Of a stretch of DNA of 64,000 nt, positions 46,165 through 55,856 are shown in pieces. Origin of the DNA: Clostridiales bacterium (GTDB taxonomy: Bacteria; Bacillota; Clostridia; Christensenellales; Borkfalkiaceae); the NCBI GenBank assembly GCA_015055835.1, contig SVHJ01000003.1, positions 13,257 through 77,256 of the forward strand. The letters are read 5' to 3'. How positions within the stretch are numbered: the stretch's first letter is position 1; each line of letters begins with the position of its first letter. The notes below the pieces were generated by a model that was not told the origin of the DNA, made no database searches, and worked only from the letters and a program-made list of their open reading frames with translations. Position numbers and translations under genes: made by a program.

Positions 46165-46692
46165 ATGAGTTTGTTTTTTATTATTTACGGTGCTATTTTA
46201 GTTAGCGTTGATTCTTTCCTTTGTGGATTTTCCTTAGCTAATATGGAATATAAAAAGTGGCAGGTTGTTTTGGGAGTGTTTTTCCCCGTATTAGCCCTTT
46301 GTTTTATAACTAATTATTTAGGCGTTTTTTTGCAACTTTATTTTACTGAAGACTTTTCAAGTATCGGTGGAATTATTTTGATTTTAGTAGGGCTTTTTAG
46401 CCTTTTAAATATAAAAAAAGACAAAACCCACAAAAAATCTATTTTAAGAATTTTTATATCAGGCTTTGCCGTTGGTCTTGACGGTGCGTTTTTTAACCTT
46501 TCCGTTTCACTTATGGGAATTTCTAGTTTTTACGTTCCGTTAACCATTGCGTTTATTCACGGAGCAATGGTCTTTTTAAGCGTAAAATTTGCAAATACTA
46601 GACTTTTATCTCTTACAAAACGGTGTTACTTTCTTGCGCCTACGCTTTTAATTTTACTTGGTTTTTATAAACTAATTTTCCTTTTATTATAG
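46165..46692 (+). CDS. ytaF: YtaF/MntP-like membrane protein (putative sporulation protein YtaF)
   Basis: The 175-aa polytopic protein has the N-terminal SVDSFLCGFSLA motif characteristic of the YtaF/MntP family. Confidence 0.55.
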   Translation: MSLFFIIYGAILVSVDSFLCGFSLANMEYKKWQVVLGVFFPVLALCFITNYLGVFLQLYFTEDFSSIGGIILILVGLFSLLNIKKDKTHKKSILRIFISGFAVGLDGAFFNLSVSLMGISSFYVPLTIAFIHGAMVFLSVKFANTRLLSLTKRCYFLAPTLLILLGFYKLIFLLL

Positions 46693-47358
46693 CTGATATT
46701 TTGCCATTATTTTAAGTAGTTGTTGCAAACTTTCGTTTATTTTTGATTTTACTATTCCTTTCATTTCACCATCTGCCGTTAAAAGAGTATATTCTATTTC
46801 TTTAACGGCTTTTTTATCATAATAAGATAGGGTTGTTTCCTTTAATTTTTCTATTACGTTTTTTGCGTGATCCAAACATATTTCGTCTTCAACCACCTGT
46901 TCTTTTATCTTTCCTTTTATTTCGTTTAAAAAAGGATTTTCTTCTTCAAATAAAAAACTTTTTTCCCTTTTTAGTTCTTCAACCTCTACTTTTTCTTTAT
47001 CTATTTCCTTTTTATATTCTTCGTTTATTAGGTTTATTAATTTCGTTTCCTCTTTTTTTACTTCCGTTTTGATTTTAACTATTTTTATCGTAAAATAAAA
47101 AACGCTACTTAAAAAAATATAGGTTATCGGTAGTTTATCCGTTAATTTTTCAGCTAGGCTAGAAATTGCTAAAACACCTAAATTTATAACCACTAAACTT
47201 ATAAAAAATAATTTACTTATAGGCTTTCTTTTTATGGAAAGTATTAAAAAAAACACAAACGAAAAAATTAATCCTAGACTTAAAAAAAGTATTGCAAAAT
47301 CTAAATATTTAATAAAAAATTTGTTTAATAAATTAAAAAAATCAAGAACGATATTCAT
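46687..47358 (-). CDS. Hypothetical membrane protein with a charged coiled-coil C-terminal half
   Basis: The 223-aa protein has 3 N-terminal TM helices followed by a Lys/Glu-rich helical region. Its 3' end overlaps the convergent ytaF by 6 nt. Confidence 0.4.
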   Translation of the reverse strand: MNIVLDFFNLLNKFFIKYLDFAILFLSLGLIFSFVFFLILSIKRKPISKLFFISLVVINLGVLAISSLAEKLTDKLPITYIFLSSVFYFTIKIVKIKTEVKKEETKLINLINEEYKKEIDKEKVEVEELKREKSFLFEEENPFLNEIKGKIKEQVVEDEICLDHAKNVIEKLKETTLSYYDKKAVKEIEYTLLTADGEMKGIVKSKINESLQQLLKIMAKYQL

Positions 47359-47435
47359 TTACTTTCTCCTTCTTGATTTTTTATAACTTTTTTTATTAGT
47401 CGAAAACGAGCAACCTTTATATTTTTTTAAGTTTT

Positions 47436-50400
47436 TTAGTCGATTTCTATTACTTCAGAATTTCTTAAACTCACTATCGCCTTTTTTATAACCTTTTTAT
47501 TTAAAGAACGCTCCACTGCTAAGGCGTATAAATCTAACTGCTTTTTGTAAGTTTTAATTAAGCCGTCTTTATCTTTTTGAGAATATTTGTAGTCTAAAAT
47601 TATAACTTCGTCCCCCTTTATGCAAAGTAGGTCGATTATACCTTGTACTAAAATATTATCGTTAGAAGTAGTATCCTTTAATAGTTTTGCAGGAACTTCC
47701 ATAATAAACCATTTTTCAGGATATTTTTTATACTCTTTTATTTCTTTAATTAATTGACTGTTCAATAACTTTTCAAGCGCAGGTAGGTCTAAAAGTTCAC
47801 TTTCTTCTTTAGTAAACACGCCATCTTTTAACATTCTTTCTAAATTCTTAAGCGCGCTTTCTTCAAAAATACAATGTTCTAAAAAACGGTGCATTAAAAC
47901 ACCTTTTTCTTTCACCTCTTCCTCAGCAAAAACTAACGGTATTTTATACTCTTCCTCTAGTCTATCCATAGTTAAACTTTTGGTTACCGAAGTTTTTAGT
48001 GGAAGAGTATAGTCCTCTTTATACGAAAATAAAAGATTTTCTTTATATTTTTCTTTTAAGTCGTTATTTGGCTTACCCATTGCAACAAATTCGTTTTCTT
48101 TAGCGCCAGTTCTTTCAATAACCTTTTTCTCACTTTCTTTTCCGTCCAAAAAGTAAACGAAATCATAATAAGAAGAGCCGATTGAAATTGGGTATTTTTG
48201 TTCTTTTTTTAAAGTTGCTGTTAAATATAAACAGTATTTTGCTCTTGTTAACGCAACGTAAAAAAGTTTTAGTTCTTCCTTTTTATTTTTAAGAATTATA
48301 TCTTCTTTAATAAACCTTGTAAGTATTGTTGAAGATACGCTCCTATCTTCCTTATCGTAATTTTTTACGCCTAAACCAAACTCTCTATCAAATAAAACTT
48401 TATCTCTTACGTCTTGTACGTTAAAAGTTTTATTTAAGTTTGGAACTATTACGACTGGGAATTCTAACCCCTTAGAGCCGTGTATGGTCATAATTCTTAC
48501 AGCATTTTCAGAAGAGGCTGAAAAAACTGACGTTTCTTCCATATTGTCTATTTTTTCTAAAAACTCTCTTACAGAAAGGAATAGGTTGTTTTTAACCCCT
48601 TCATCTAAAAAGGCTTCTACGTTTTTTAACTTATTCTTGCCAAACGGTGAAGATAAAAGGGTGTATTCAAAACCACAATCTTCTATAACCTTTTCTATAA
48701 TCTTTTTAGCCCCTATAAAATCGGCTAAAAATCTTATTTTTTCAAAATATTCGTAAAACTCAGTTAGTTTTTTTGCTAAATCGTTTTTCTTTTCTTTATA
48801 CGCTAAACAAGACTGATAAAAATATTTTTTATCACTACAACCTTTTCTTATTTCGTAAAGTTCGTCATCAGTTAGTTTCCATACCTTTTTTAAGGTAAAT
48901 GCAAGTGGAATATCTGATTTTGCGCAGTCAATAAATCTTAATAAATTTATCAAAACGTTTATTTCAGGATAGTCTGCTATTTTTGACTTTGCGTCAAAAC
49001 AAACTGGTATGCCGTTTTCTATAAGCGCTTTTGATAACTTTTGAAAAAAAGCGTTTCTTGAACGCGCCAAAACTACGACGTCTTTATATTCTATAGGTCT
49101 TTCCCTTTTTTCTTTTACGTCGTAAAAATTTTGTCCTAATTTTTCCCTAATTAAGCCTACTACTAAATCGACTTCTTCATCTTCTTCCGACCTTTCCTTA
49201 ACCTCCTCTAATAGGTTGTAAACGGATACTTTCTTTTCTTCTTTTTCTTTTGCTTTGTATGGAAGAATAAATAGTTCGGCTTCGCCAAAATGCTCTACTT
49301 TATTTTCATCTAAGTATAATCCACCTGAAATTAAAGAGGCATCTTCATAATTTATACCAAAATCTTCTTCCGTCATTTTGCCGGTAAATACTTTATTAAC
49401 AAAGTTTATTACGGCTGTAGATGAACGGAAATTGTGGTTTAAGTTTATTAAACCCTCTCCTTTTTTGTTGAATTTTTCCATCTTTTCTTGGAAAATTTTG
49501 TGGTTACAACCTCTAAACGCATATATACTTTGTTTTACGTCGCCAACCATAAATAAATTGTCGTTTGATAGTCTATTTAAAATGGCTTCTTGTATACCGT
49601 TAGTGTCTTGATATTCATCAATAAAAATATACTTATATTTTTGTTGAATATCTTCTTTAACTTTTTCGTTTTTTAATATTTCAAGCGCAAAATGTTCTAA
49701 GTCGTTAAAATCAAGTTTGTTTAATTTTTTCTTTTCTTCAGCGTAAGTTTTTCTAAAAGTTTTTACAAGTTCTACTAAACTTTCCGTGGTTTTTTGCGCG
49801 CCATAGAAAGCCTTTTTTTCCTCTTCTTCACTTTTATAAACGGAAAGTTTTTCTACTACGAATTCTTGAAAAGAACCTTTTAAACTCTTAAATTTTTCGT
49901 TTAAGTATTTTAATTCTTCAGGTATCTTTTTCCTTGCCGTTTCCGTTTTATAGTTAGAAAAAGCGCAATAATCAAAAAGAGTTAATGATAGCATTTCTTC
50001 AATATTAACTAAAATATTTTTTACTATAGTTAACCTTTCAACTAAACAATTCTCTTCAAGTTCGTTTTTTAATATTATAAATTCTTTTTTGTATTCGTTT
50101 AACCTTTCCTTAAAATAATTTTGACTTTTTTCCTTAAAATAATCAAAACCTCTTTTTGTATAATTATAAACGCTTTCATCTAAAAAAGCGTCAAAATCTT
50201 CTTCGGCTGAAGCATCGTCAAAAATTGTTAAAACAGTTTCCCTAAAACTTTTATCCTTTCTTTTACTATTAAAACACTCTGATAAATGTAAAAAATTTGC
50301 ATTTTTTTGTTCATATAATTCGTAAAAAAGCTGGTCGATTACCCGTCTTTTTAATTCTTCGGCTTCTTCCTTTTCTATAATTTCAAAGTCAACCGATACG

Positions 50401-50738
50401 CCTACTTCAAAAAAATAACGGCGAATTAGTTTTGCGCAAAAAGAGTGCATAGTTGAAATGTCAGCGTTTGATATTTCAACTAAACTTGACCTTAAATTTT
50501 CTTTGCCGTCATTTATTTTTTCTATAAGCGCTTCCCTTATTTTTTCTTTCATTTCTTCGGCGGCTAGTTCGGTAAATGTAACGGCTAAAATTTCTTGTAA
50601 ATTTGCGCGTTCTTCGCTTATTAAACGAATTAGCCTATCCACCATTACTTTGGTCTTTCCACTACCGGCTGAGGCAGAAACGAGTAGATTGCCGTCGTTA
50701 AACAAAACGGCTTCTTTTTGATTTTTTGTATAACTCAA
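47436..50738 (-). CDS. addA: ATP-dependent helicase/nuclease subunit A (AddA)
   Basis: UvrD-type Walker A SASAGSGKT, FIDEYQDTN, a C-terminal RecB-type nuclease (GIIDLL...LDYK). Overlaps addB by 4 nt. Confidence 0.9.
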   Translation of the reverse strand: MSYTKNQKEAVLFNDGNLLVSASAGSGKTKVMVDRLIRLISEERANLQEILAVTFTELAAEEMKEKIREALIEKINDGKENLRSSLVEISNADISTMHSFCAKLIRRYFFEVGVSVDFEIIEKEEAEELKRRVIDQLFYELYEQKNANFLHLSECFNSKRKDKSFRETVLTIFDDASAEEDFDAFLDESVYNYTKRGFDYFKEKSQNYFKERLNEYKKEFIILKNELEENCLVERLTIVKNILVNIEEMLSLTLFDYCAFSNYKTETARKKIPEELKYLNEKFKSLKGSFQEFVVEKLSVYKSEEEEKKAFYGAQKTTESLVELVKTFRKTYAEEKKKLNKLDFNDLEHFALEILKNEKVKEDIQQKYKYIFIDEYQDTNGIQEAILNRLSNDNLFMVGDVKQSIYAFRGCNHKIFQEKMEKFNKKGEGLINLNHNFRSSTAVINFVNKVFTGKMTEEDFGINYEDASLISGGLYLDENKVEHFGEAELFILPYKAKEKEEKKVSVYNLLEEVKERSEEDEEVDLVVGLIREKLGQNFYDVKEKRERPIEYKDVVVLARSRNAFFQKLSKALIENGIPVCFDAKSKIADYPEINVLINLLRFIDCAKSDIPLAFTLKKVWKLTDDELYEIRKGCSDKKYFYQSCLAYKEKKNDLAKKLTEFYEYFEKIRFLADFIGAKKIIEKVIEDCGFEYTLLSSPFGKNKLKNVEAFLDEGVKNNLFLSVREFLEKIDNMEETSVFSASSENAVRIMTIHGSKGLEFPVVIVPNLNKTFNVQDVRDKVLFDREFGLGVKNYDKEDRSVSSTILTRFIKEDIILKNKKEELKLFYVALTRAKYCLYLTATLKKEQKYPISIGSSYYDFVYFLDGKESEKKVIERTGAKENEFVAMGKPNNDLKEKYKENLLFSYKEDYTLPLKTSVTKSLTMDRLEEEYKIPLVFAEEEVKEKGVLMHRFLEHCIFEESALKNLERMLKDGVFTKEESELLDLPALEKLLNSQLIKEIKEYKKYPEKWFIMEVPAKLLKDTTSNDNILVQGIIDLLCIKGDEVIILDYKYSQKDKDGLIKTYKKQLDLYALAVERSLNKKVIKKAIVSLRNSEVIEID

Positions 50739-53700
50739 TTTTCTTCCTCCTTTACTGCTTTACTAATAGTGTCGTTTGATACTTCTACGTCTCTTTTTTG
50801 GTCGTATTTTTCATCAAACGAACAAAGTCCTTTATATTTACAATAATCGCAAGCGCCTTTGGTTGGAGAGGCTATTATTACCCCGTCGGTTATGCCTTCT
50901 GCCCCCTTTTTAGAGATAAGTAAAGAGTATTTTAAATAATCGTCAAAAACCTCTTTATCCAAAAGAGAATTATCCTTTCCTCTAGGTTTTACCACCTTAC
51001 CGTCTTTATCAAAACTTGCCTTTATTTTACTGCTTTTTACCCCTTTATCTAATGATTTATCTATTTCTTTAAGCGCCTCTTCATCTCTTAACGAACGACC
51101 GTCAAAAAAGGTTTGTGGCTCTTCATCAAGATTTTTAAAATCGTCAGCAAGTGTTAAATAATATACTCCTGCAGGGCTTTTATCTTTGCTGTTTTTAAGT
51201 AGCGCGTTCATATATAGATAAAGTTGCACCTTTTTACCCATATATAAATCTTTATTGCTATCTTTTTGACTACCCGTTTTATAGTCTATTATTCTTACAA
51301 ACTTTTCCGTTTCGTCAACTCTATCAATCTTACCGGTAACAAAAATGTTGCCGTTTTTGGTGTCTAAAATTATTTTATCTTCACCTTTACCAAACTCTTT
51401 TTCCCTACCAGTTATCTTAAACGAAGAAGTTTTTAATTCTTCAAGTACGGCGTAACATTCCCTTTTTGCCTCTTTCCTTGCCCTCTCAATTATTACGCTA
51501 GAAATTGCATCATCTAAAAAATGTGCGTACTTTTCTTCTACCTTAGTTATAATTTCTTCTACTTTTTTATCACTTTCTTCTTTCGTTTTAATGCTTTCGA
51601 TATTTTCCGTGTATTTTTCAAGTATTTCGTGAATATAGTTACCGATATCAAACGCTTGAACTTCACCTACTTCTCTTTCTTTTAATAATAAAAGACTAGT
51701 TAAAAAAGATGAGTACGGACAGTTGTAATATCTTTCTAAAACGGTAGCGCTTATTCTGTCTTCTTTTAAATTTACTTTTTCTTTTAACGATACCTTTTTT
51801 TCTTCATTTAACTCTTTTAAAAAGTCGTCTAAACTTTCTAATTTAATTTCTTTTACGGCGTGATAATAACTTATTGCTGATTCTAAGTCTTTAGTTTTAC
51901 CCTCTTTTGCCTCAGCCGTTATTAATGCAAACGCCTTGTCCCCTTGCTTTTTAGATAAAAACCTATTTTCCACTAAAAATTCTTGGTCGTAATTAAAACT
52001 TTCACCCTTTTTTATAACAGGTAAATCTTTGCCGTTTTTGTTAAAGAGTTTTTGGATATAAGTTATAACTTCACTTCTCTTTTTTTGTTTGCCTTGAATG
52101 GTTGTTGGATATGATAAATATAGGTTTTTATTAAATCCTACTAACCCTAACGATAAATCTTCACGCAGTCTTGAATTGACTATTTTTATAGTAGGTTCAA
52201 CGAAAACGCTTATTTTATCAAGTTCTCTTAAGTCGCTATCACTTAATAACGATACGTCTTCTTTAACGCCAGGAAGTTCGCTTGTTAGTCCAACTACAAA
52301 CAAGTTTTCAGCAGGGGCTAAACCACATTGTTTTAGCGTTCCAACAAAAACTGCGTCGTTAAATTGTGGAATAATAGGAATTTCTTTTGCCTTTACACCA
52401 CTGATTAAAATTAAAGAAAACTCTGTAAAACTTATCTTTGTTCCCTTTAATATTTTTAGCACTTCTTCTAAAACTTCTAACACGCTAACTAGCGCCCTTT
52501 CGTTATAAGAACTTTCTACTAGTTCCCCTTGATTTTTAAGTTGGTTTGTTAAAAATTCTATCTTTTCTTCTGCTTTTATTTTTATTAGTAACTTCTTGAT
52601 TTCTTTTACGTAATTTTCTGCAAAATCTTCTTCTTTCACCTTAGAAAAACAGTCTATTAACTTTTTTCTAAAATCTTCAAATTCAACTATTTTATCAGTT
52701 TTATGCGTAAATTCTTTTGATAAATTGTACCTTTGAATATTGTATTTATATAGATAATTTTCAAAATCATCTAAAAAATCTTTATCAGTACATACTAACG
52801 GATTTTTTGCAAAAGACATTAAATCTTTTATACTCAAAGCCCCTTTTAAGTTTTTAAAATAAGAGGTTAAAAGAGAATAAATAGGATGTTCTGATAAGTT
52901 TTTTCTTACGTCTAAAAAGAAAGGAATATCATATCTTCCAAAAATTTTTGAAAGTTTTTCTTTATAAAGGTCGTTTTCTAACCCTATTGCAAAATCTCTA
53001 TACCTATTGCCACCCATTACTTTTGTTTTTATTATATGGGCGCATCTTTCTAACTCGTCTTCTATATTTTCCCCTTCGTAAAGAGAAATAGCAGTAGTTT
53101 CAAGTTTGTTAAAATCTTTTTTAAACACTTTTGGATTAAAAAGATTTTTAAGTAAAAACTCACTTTCTTTATTTATAGGTGAAAAATCTTCTATTTCTAC
53201 CTTTATTTTTTCGTTTGAGGCTATGCTTAAAAAAGCGTTTGTAGTTTCGTTGGTGTATAGATAATGGTTTTCCCCAGAAACTAAAATTGCCGTTACGCTT
53301 TTTGCTTTTTTTAGTAAAGTTTTAACAACTTCTTTACCCTGTTTTGTAAAACTGTTAAAACCTACTAAAAAGACGTTAACGTTTGATAAATCTTGACTTT
53401 CTATTAAACCAGGTAGTTCGTTTAGATAATTGTTTTGGTCTATAAAACCCTTTTCTTCAAGAAGTTTTTCATATTCTTTGTACATAAAAGCAAGGTCGCT
53501 TATTTTATTATAAAGCGTACCATCTAAATCTTTTAATGCCTCTTCTAAATCAAACGGCGTAACTTTTGCACTTTTTAGTTGGGCTAATTGTTCAAAAACG
53601 CTAGGCGCATATTGATAGCCAAGACCCCTTTTAAATAAAATAGTTTCAGCCTTTTTTTCTGCTATAATTTTTCTAAGTAGCATAATTGAACCCTCTTTTT

Positions 53701-53935
53701 TTAGAAGATTATCTACACTTTTATGCTTTTTTAGATATTTTATAAAAGAAAAAACTTCCGTATTAAAAGTACCACCTAAAGTAGATACTATTTGCCTTTC
53801 TGTTAAAAGGGTCATTTTTTCTTCGGTAAATATTAAATTTTTATCATCTATTTCGCGCGAAGCCGTCTTTAGTTCTTTTGCGACTTTTATAATTGCGTTA
53901 AAATAGGTGTTTGTTTTTATAAGTTTTACTTTCAT
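50735..53935 (-). CDS. addB: ATP-dependent helicase/deoxyribonuclease subunit B (AddB)
   Basis: The 1066-aa protein has a C-terminal nuclease (GKIDRVD...IIDYKTG) flanked by Fe-S staple cysteines (YYNCPY ... CDYCKYKGLC). Located upstream of addA. Confidence 0.85.
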   Translation of the reverse strand: MKVKLIKTNTYFNAIIKVAKELKTASREIDDKNLIFTEEKMTLLTERQIVSTLGGTFNTEVFSFIKYLKKHKSVDNLLKKEGSIMLLRKIIAEKKAETILFKRGLGYQYAPSVFEQLAQLKSAKVTPFDLEEALKDLDGTLYNKISDLAFMYKEYEKLLEEKGFIDQNNYLNELPGLIESQDLSNVNVFLVGFNSFTKQGKEVVKTLLKKAKSVTAILVSGENHYLYTNETTNAFLSIASNEKIKVEIEDFSPINKESEFLLKNLFNPKVFKKDFNKLETTAISLYEGENIEDELERCAHIIKTKVMGGNRYRDFAIGLENDLYKEKLSKIFGRYDIPFFLDVRKNLSEHPIYSLLTSYFKNLKGALSIKDLMSFAKNPLVCTDKDFLDDFENYLYKYNIQRYNLSKEFTHKTDKIVEFEDFRKKLIDCFSKVKEEDFAENYVKEIKKLLIKIKAEEKIEFLTNQLKNQGELVESSYNERALVSVLEVLEEVLKILKGTKISFTEFSLILISGVKAKEIPIIPQFNDAVFVGTLKQCGLAPAENLFVVGLTSELPGVKEDVSLLSDSDLRELDKISVFVEPTIKIVNSRLREDLSLGLVGFNKNLYLSYPTTIQGKQKKRSEVITYIQKLFNKNGKDLPVIKKGESFNYDQEFLVENRFLSKKQGDKAFALITAEAKEGKTKDLESAISYYHAVKEIKLESLDDFLKELNEEKKVSLKEKVNLKEDRISATVLERYYNCPYSSFLTSLLLLKEREVGEVQAFDIGNYIHEILEKYTENIESIKTKEESDKKVEEIITKVEEKYAHFLDDAISSVIIERARKEAKRECYAVLEELKTSSFKITGREKEFGKGEDKIILDTKNGNIFVTGKIDRVDETEKFVRIIDYKTGSQKDSNKDLYMGKKVQLYLYMNALLKNSKDKSPAGVYYLTLADDFKNLDEEPQTFFDGRSLRDEEALKEIDKSLDKGVKSSKIKASFDKDGKVVKPRGKDNSLLDKEVFDDYLKYSLLISKKGAEGITDGVIIASPTKGACDYCKYKGLCSFDEKYDQKRDVEVSNDTISKAVKEEEN

Positions 53936-54082
53936 AAATTTAATTATATCACACTAAAAGGTCTTTTTCTATATAATTTTGTATTTAAATTATAATATTT
54001 TTAATAAATACTGTTCACTTTTTTTTAATATTGTGTTAAAATTACCTTATTATTTAGTAAAATATTTTTTAGAGGAATATAA

Positions 54083-55135
54083 ATGAAAAAAATTATTGCT
54101 TTTGCCCTTTTACTTTGTTTGACTTTAACGTTGGTTGCTTGTTCTAATCACGTGGTTGCAACCTATTCTTCAAACTGGTTTAAAGAGGGTAAATTTATTG
54201 CATCTACTCAAACTTATACCTATAAAGTAGAAAACGTTGATGGTTTTAAACACTCTTCTTACGATTTTTCTAAACAACCAAATAGCAAAGTTGACGTTAA
54301 ATACGGCGTTGGCGAATACACCGTTACTTTAGAAGCCAAGACAGATTTACCTAATGAATATAAAGATTATACTACTTCATATAAAGGTACTTTTAAGGGC
54401 TTTTATTTGCTTACAACAAGTTTTAATATTGACGTTACTTATACTTACGATAACCTTTCTTATACTTTTAACGACACTATTACTTCTACTTGTTGGTTTA
54501 ATGAAACGGATTATTATTTACAACCTATTTATCATCAAAAAAATTACAACACTACTTCTTTAGATAAAAATTATAATATTGCGCATAGCGCTTATACTTC
54601 TACCGTTAAATACGTTAACGAAAACGCTGAACTTTCTATCGTTAATAACGATATAAAGGAAAAATATCCTGATAGCGATAAATATTCTTTAGTAGAAACT
54701 TCTACCGTTAATCAAACCGTTCTTTATAACGATTTGGCTGTTCTTGATAACGAAGAACTTCTTTTTGCAGTTCGTTGTTTACCACTTCAAAAAGATTACG
54801 CTGTTAGCCTAAACGTTCTTGATACTACACATAGAAACGTTAAAAGCGTTGCCGTTAGAGTGTTAGGCGAAGAAACCGTTAATACCGACTTATTTAAGAA
54901 CAATAACTTTATAGTAGATGGTGCTCCTATTGTTAAAGATGAGGCTACTGTTAATACTTTCGTTACTTCAATAGTTCTAAATGAAAAACTTGCAGGTGCG
55001 CCTAAGTTTTGTTATTACCAAAAGGGTGTTAAAGGCTCTACCGACCGTGCGTTATTAGTTAAATTCGTTGATAAACTTCCTAACGGACTTGGGGCTTTAC
55101 AATACACACTTACTTCAGTAAATTTAGGCAAATAA
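54083..55135 (+). CDS. Hypothetical lipoprotein (350 aa)
   Basis: Signal plus lipobox TLVACS. The mature part is Tyr/Thr/Asn-rich and predicted all-beta. No recognisable family. Confidence 0.5.
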   Translation: MKKIIAFALLLCLTLTLVACSNHVVATYSSNWFKEGKFIASTQTYTYKVENVDGFKHSSYDFSKQPNSKVDVKYGVGEYTVTLEAKTDLPNEYKDYTTSYKGTFKGFYLLTTSFNIDVTYTYDNLSYTFNDTITSTCWFNETDYYLQPIYHQKNYNTTSLDKNYNIAHSAYTSTVKYVNENAELSIVNNDIKEKYPDSDKYSLVETSTVNQTVLYNDLAVLDNEELLFAVRCLPLQKDYAVSLNVLDTTHRNVKSVAVRVLGEETVNTDLFKNNNFIVDGAPIVKDEATVNTFVTSIVLNEKLAGAPKFCYYQKGVKGSTDRALLVKFVDKLPNGLGALQYTLTSVNLGK

Positions 55136-55147
55136 ATAATTTGTAAT

Positions 55148-55178
55148 TAAAAAGCCGTGAAATAATTCACGGCTTTTA
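55148..55178. terminator. Bidirectional terminator between convergent genes
   Basis: AGCCGTGAA-ATAAT-TTCACGGCT hairpin (55152-55174) flanked by A and T runs. Confidence 0.65.
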
Positions 55179-55856
55179 TTTTTTTAAAGTTTTTAAATAT
55201 TCTTTTTGTTCTTTTGTTAGTCTAAAACTATCTATCCCTTTTGATATCGATTTGTTTTGAATAAAAGGTTTTAGTATTTTGCTTTCTAAAATTTCTTTTA
55301 CCCTTTCGTAGTCATAAACTAGCGCTACGCTATAAAACCACGCCACCCCCATATTTACGTAATAATCTTCTAACTTTACGCTGTTAACCAACTTATAAAT
55401 TTCTTCAGTTAGTTCTTCTTTATAATAGGTAAGTAATAAAACTATTGCAAAACGAACGGTGTAAGGCTTATCGCTTTTTATCCAAACTTTTATCCTTTCA
55501 AAAAACTCTTTTTTTAGTTTTTTTACTCTTTTTAAGTTTGAAACGGTAAAGTCGCAAGTCGCCCAGTTGTCTATATAGGGCAAAAATTCTTCTATCATTA
55601 AAAAAAGTTCTTCTTTCGTTTTAGGTAGATACTCAAGTAACCCACCGTGAACATTATTTTCTTCGTAATAATAGTGTTTTTCTTTTATAAAATCTAATGA
55701 AAAAGGGCTATCTTTAACCCTTTTTACTATCTCTTTTATTTTAGGTATTCTAACCCCTATAACCCTTTCATTTTCTATTGTTGGCATAAGTTTTTGATGA
55801 AAGGTTTTATACTCTAAATCTTGATTTTCTAGTAATAAATCTTTAATTTTTTGCAT
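55176..55856 (-). CDS. DNA alkylation repair protein (AlkD-like HEAT-repeat family)
   Basis: The N-terminus EYKTFHQKLMPTIENERVIGVRIPKIKEI and the WATCDF motif resemble the PF08713 AlkD/AlkC-like family. 226 aa. Confidence 0.6.
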   Translation of the reverse strand: MQKIKDLLLENQDLEYKTFHQKLMPTIENERVIGVRIPKIKEIVKRVKDSPFSLDFIKEKHYYYEENNVHGGLLEYLPKTKEELFLMIEEFLPYIDNWATCDFTVSNLKRVKKLKKEFFERIKVWIKSDKPYTVRFAIVLLLTYYKEELTEEIYKLVNSVKLEDYYVNMGVAWFYSVALVYDYERVKEILESKILKPFIQNKSISKGIDSFRLTKEQKEYLKTLKK

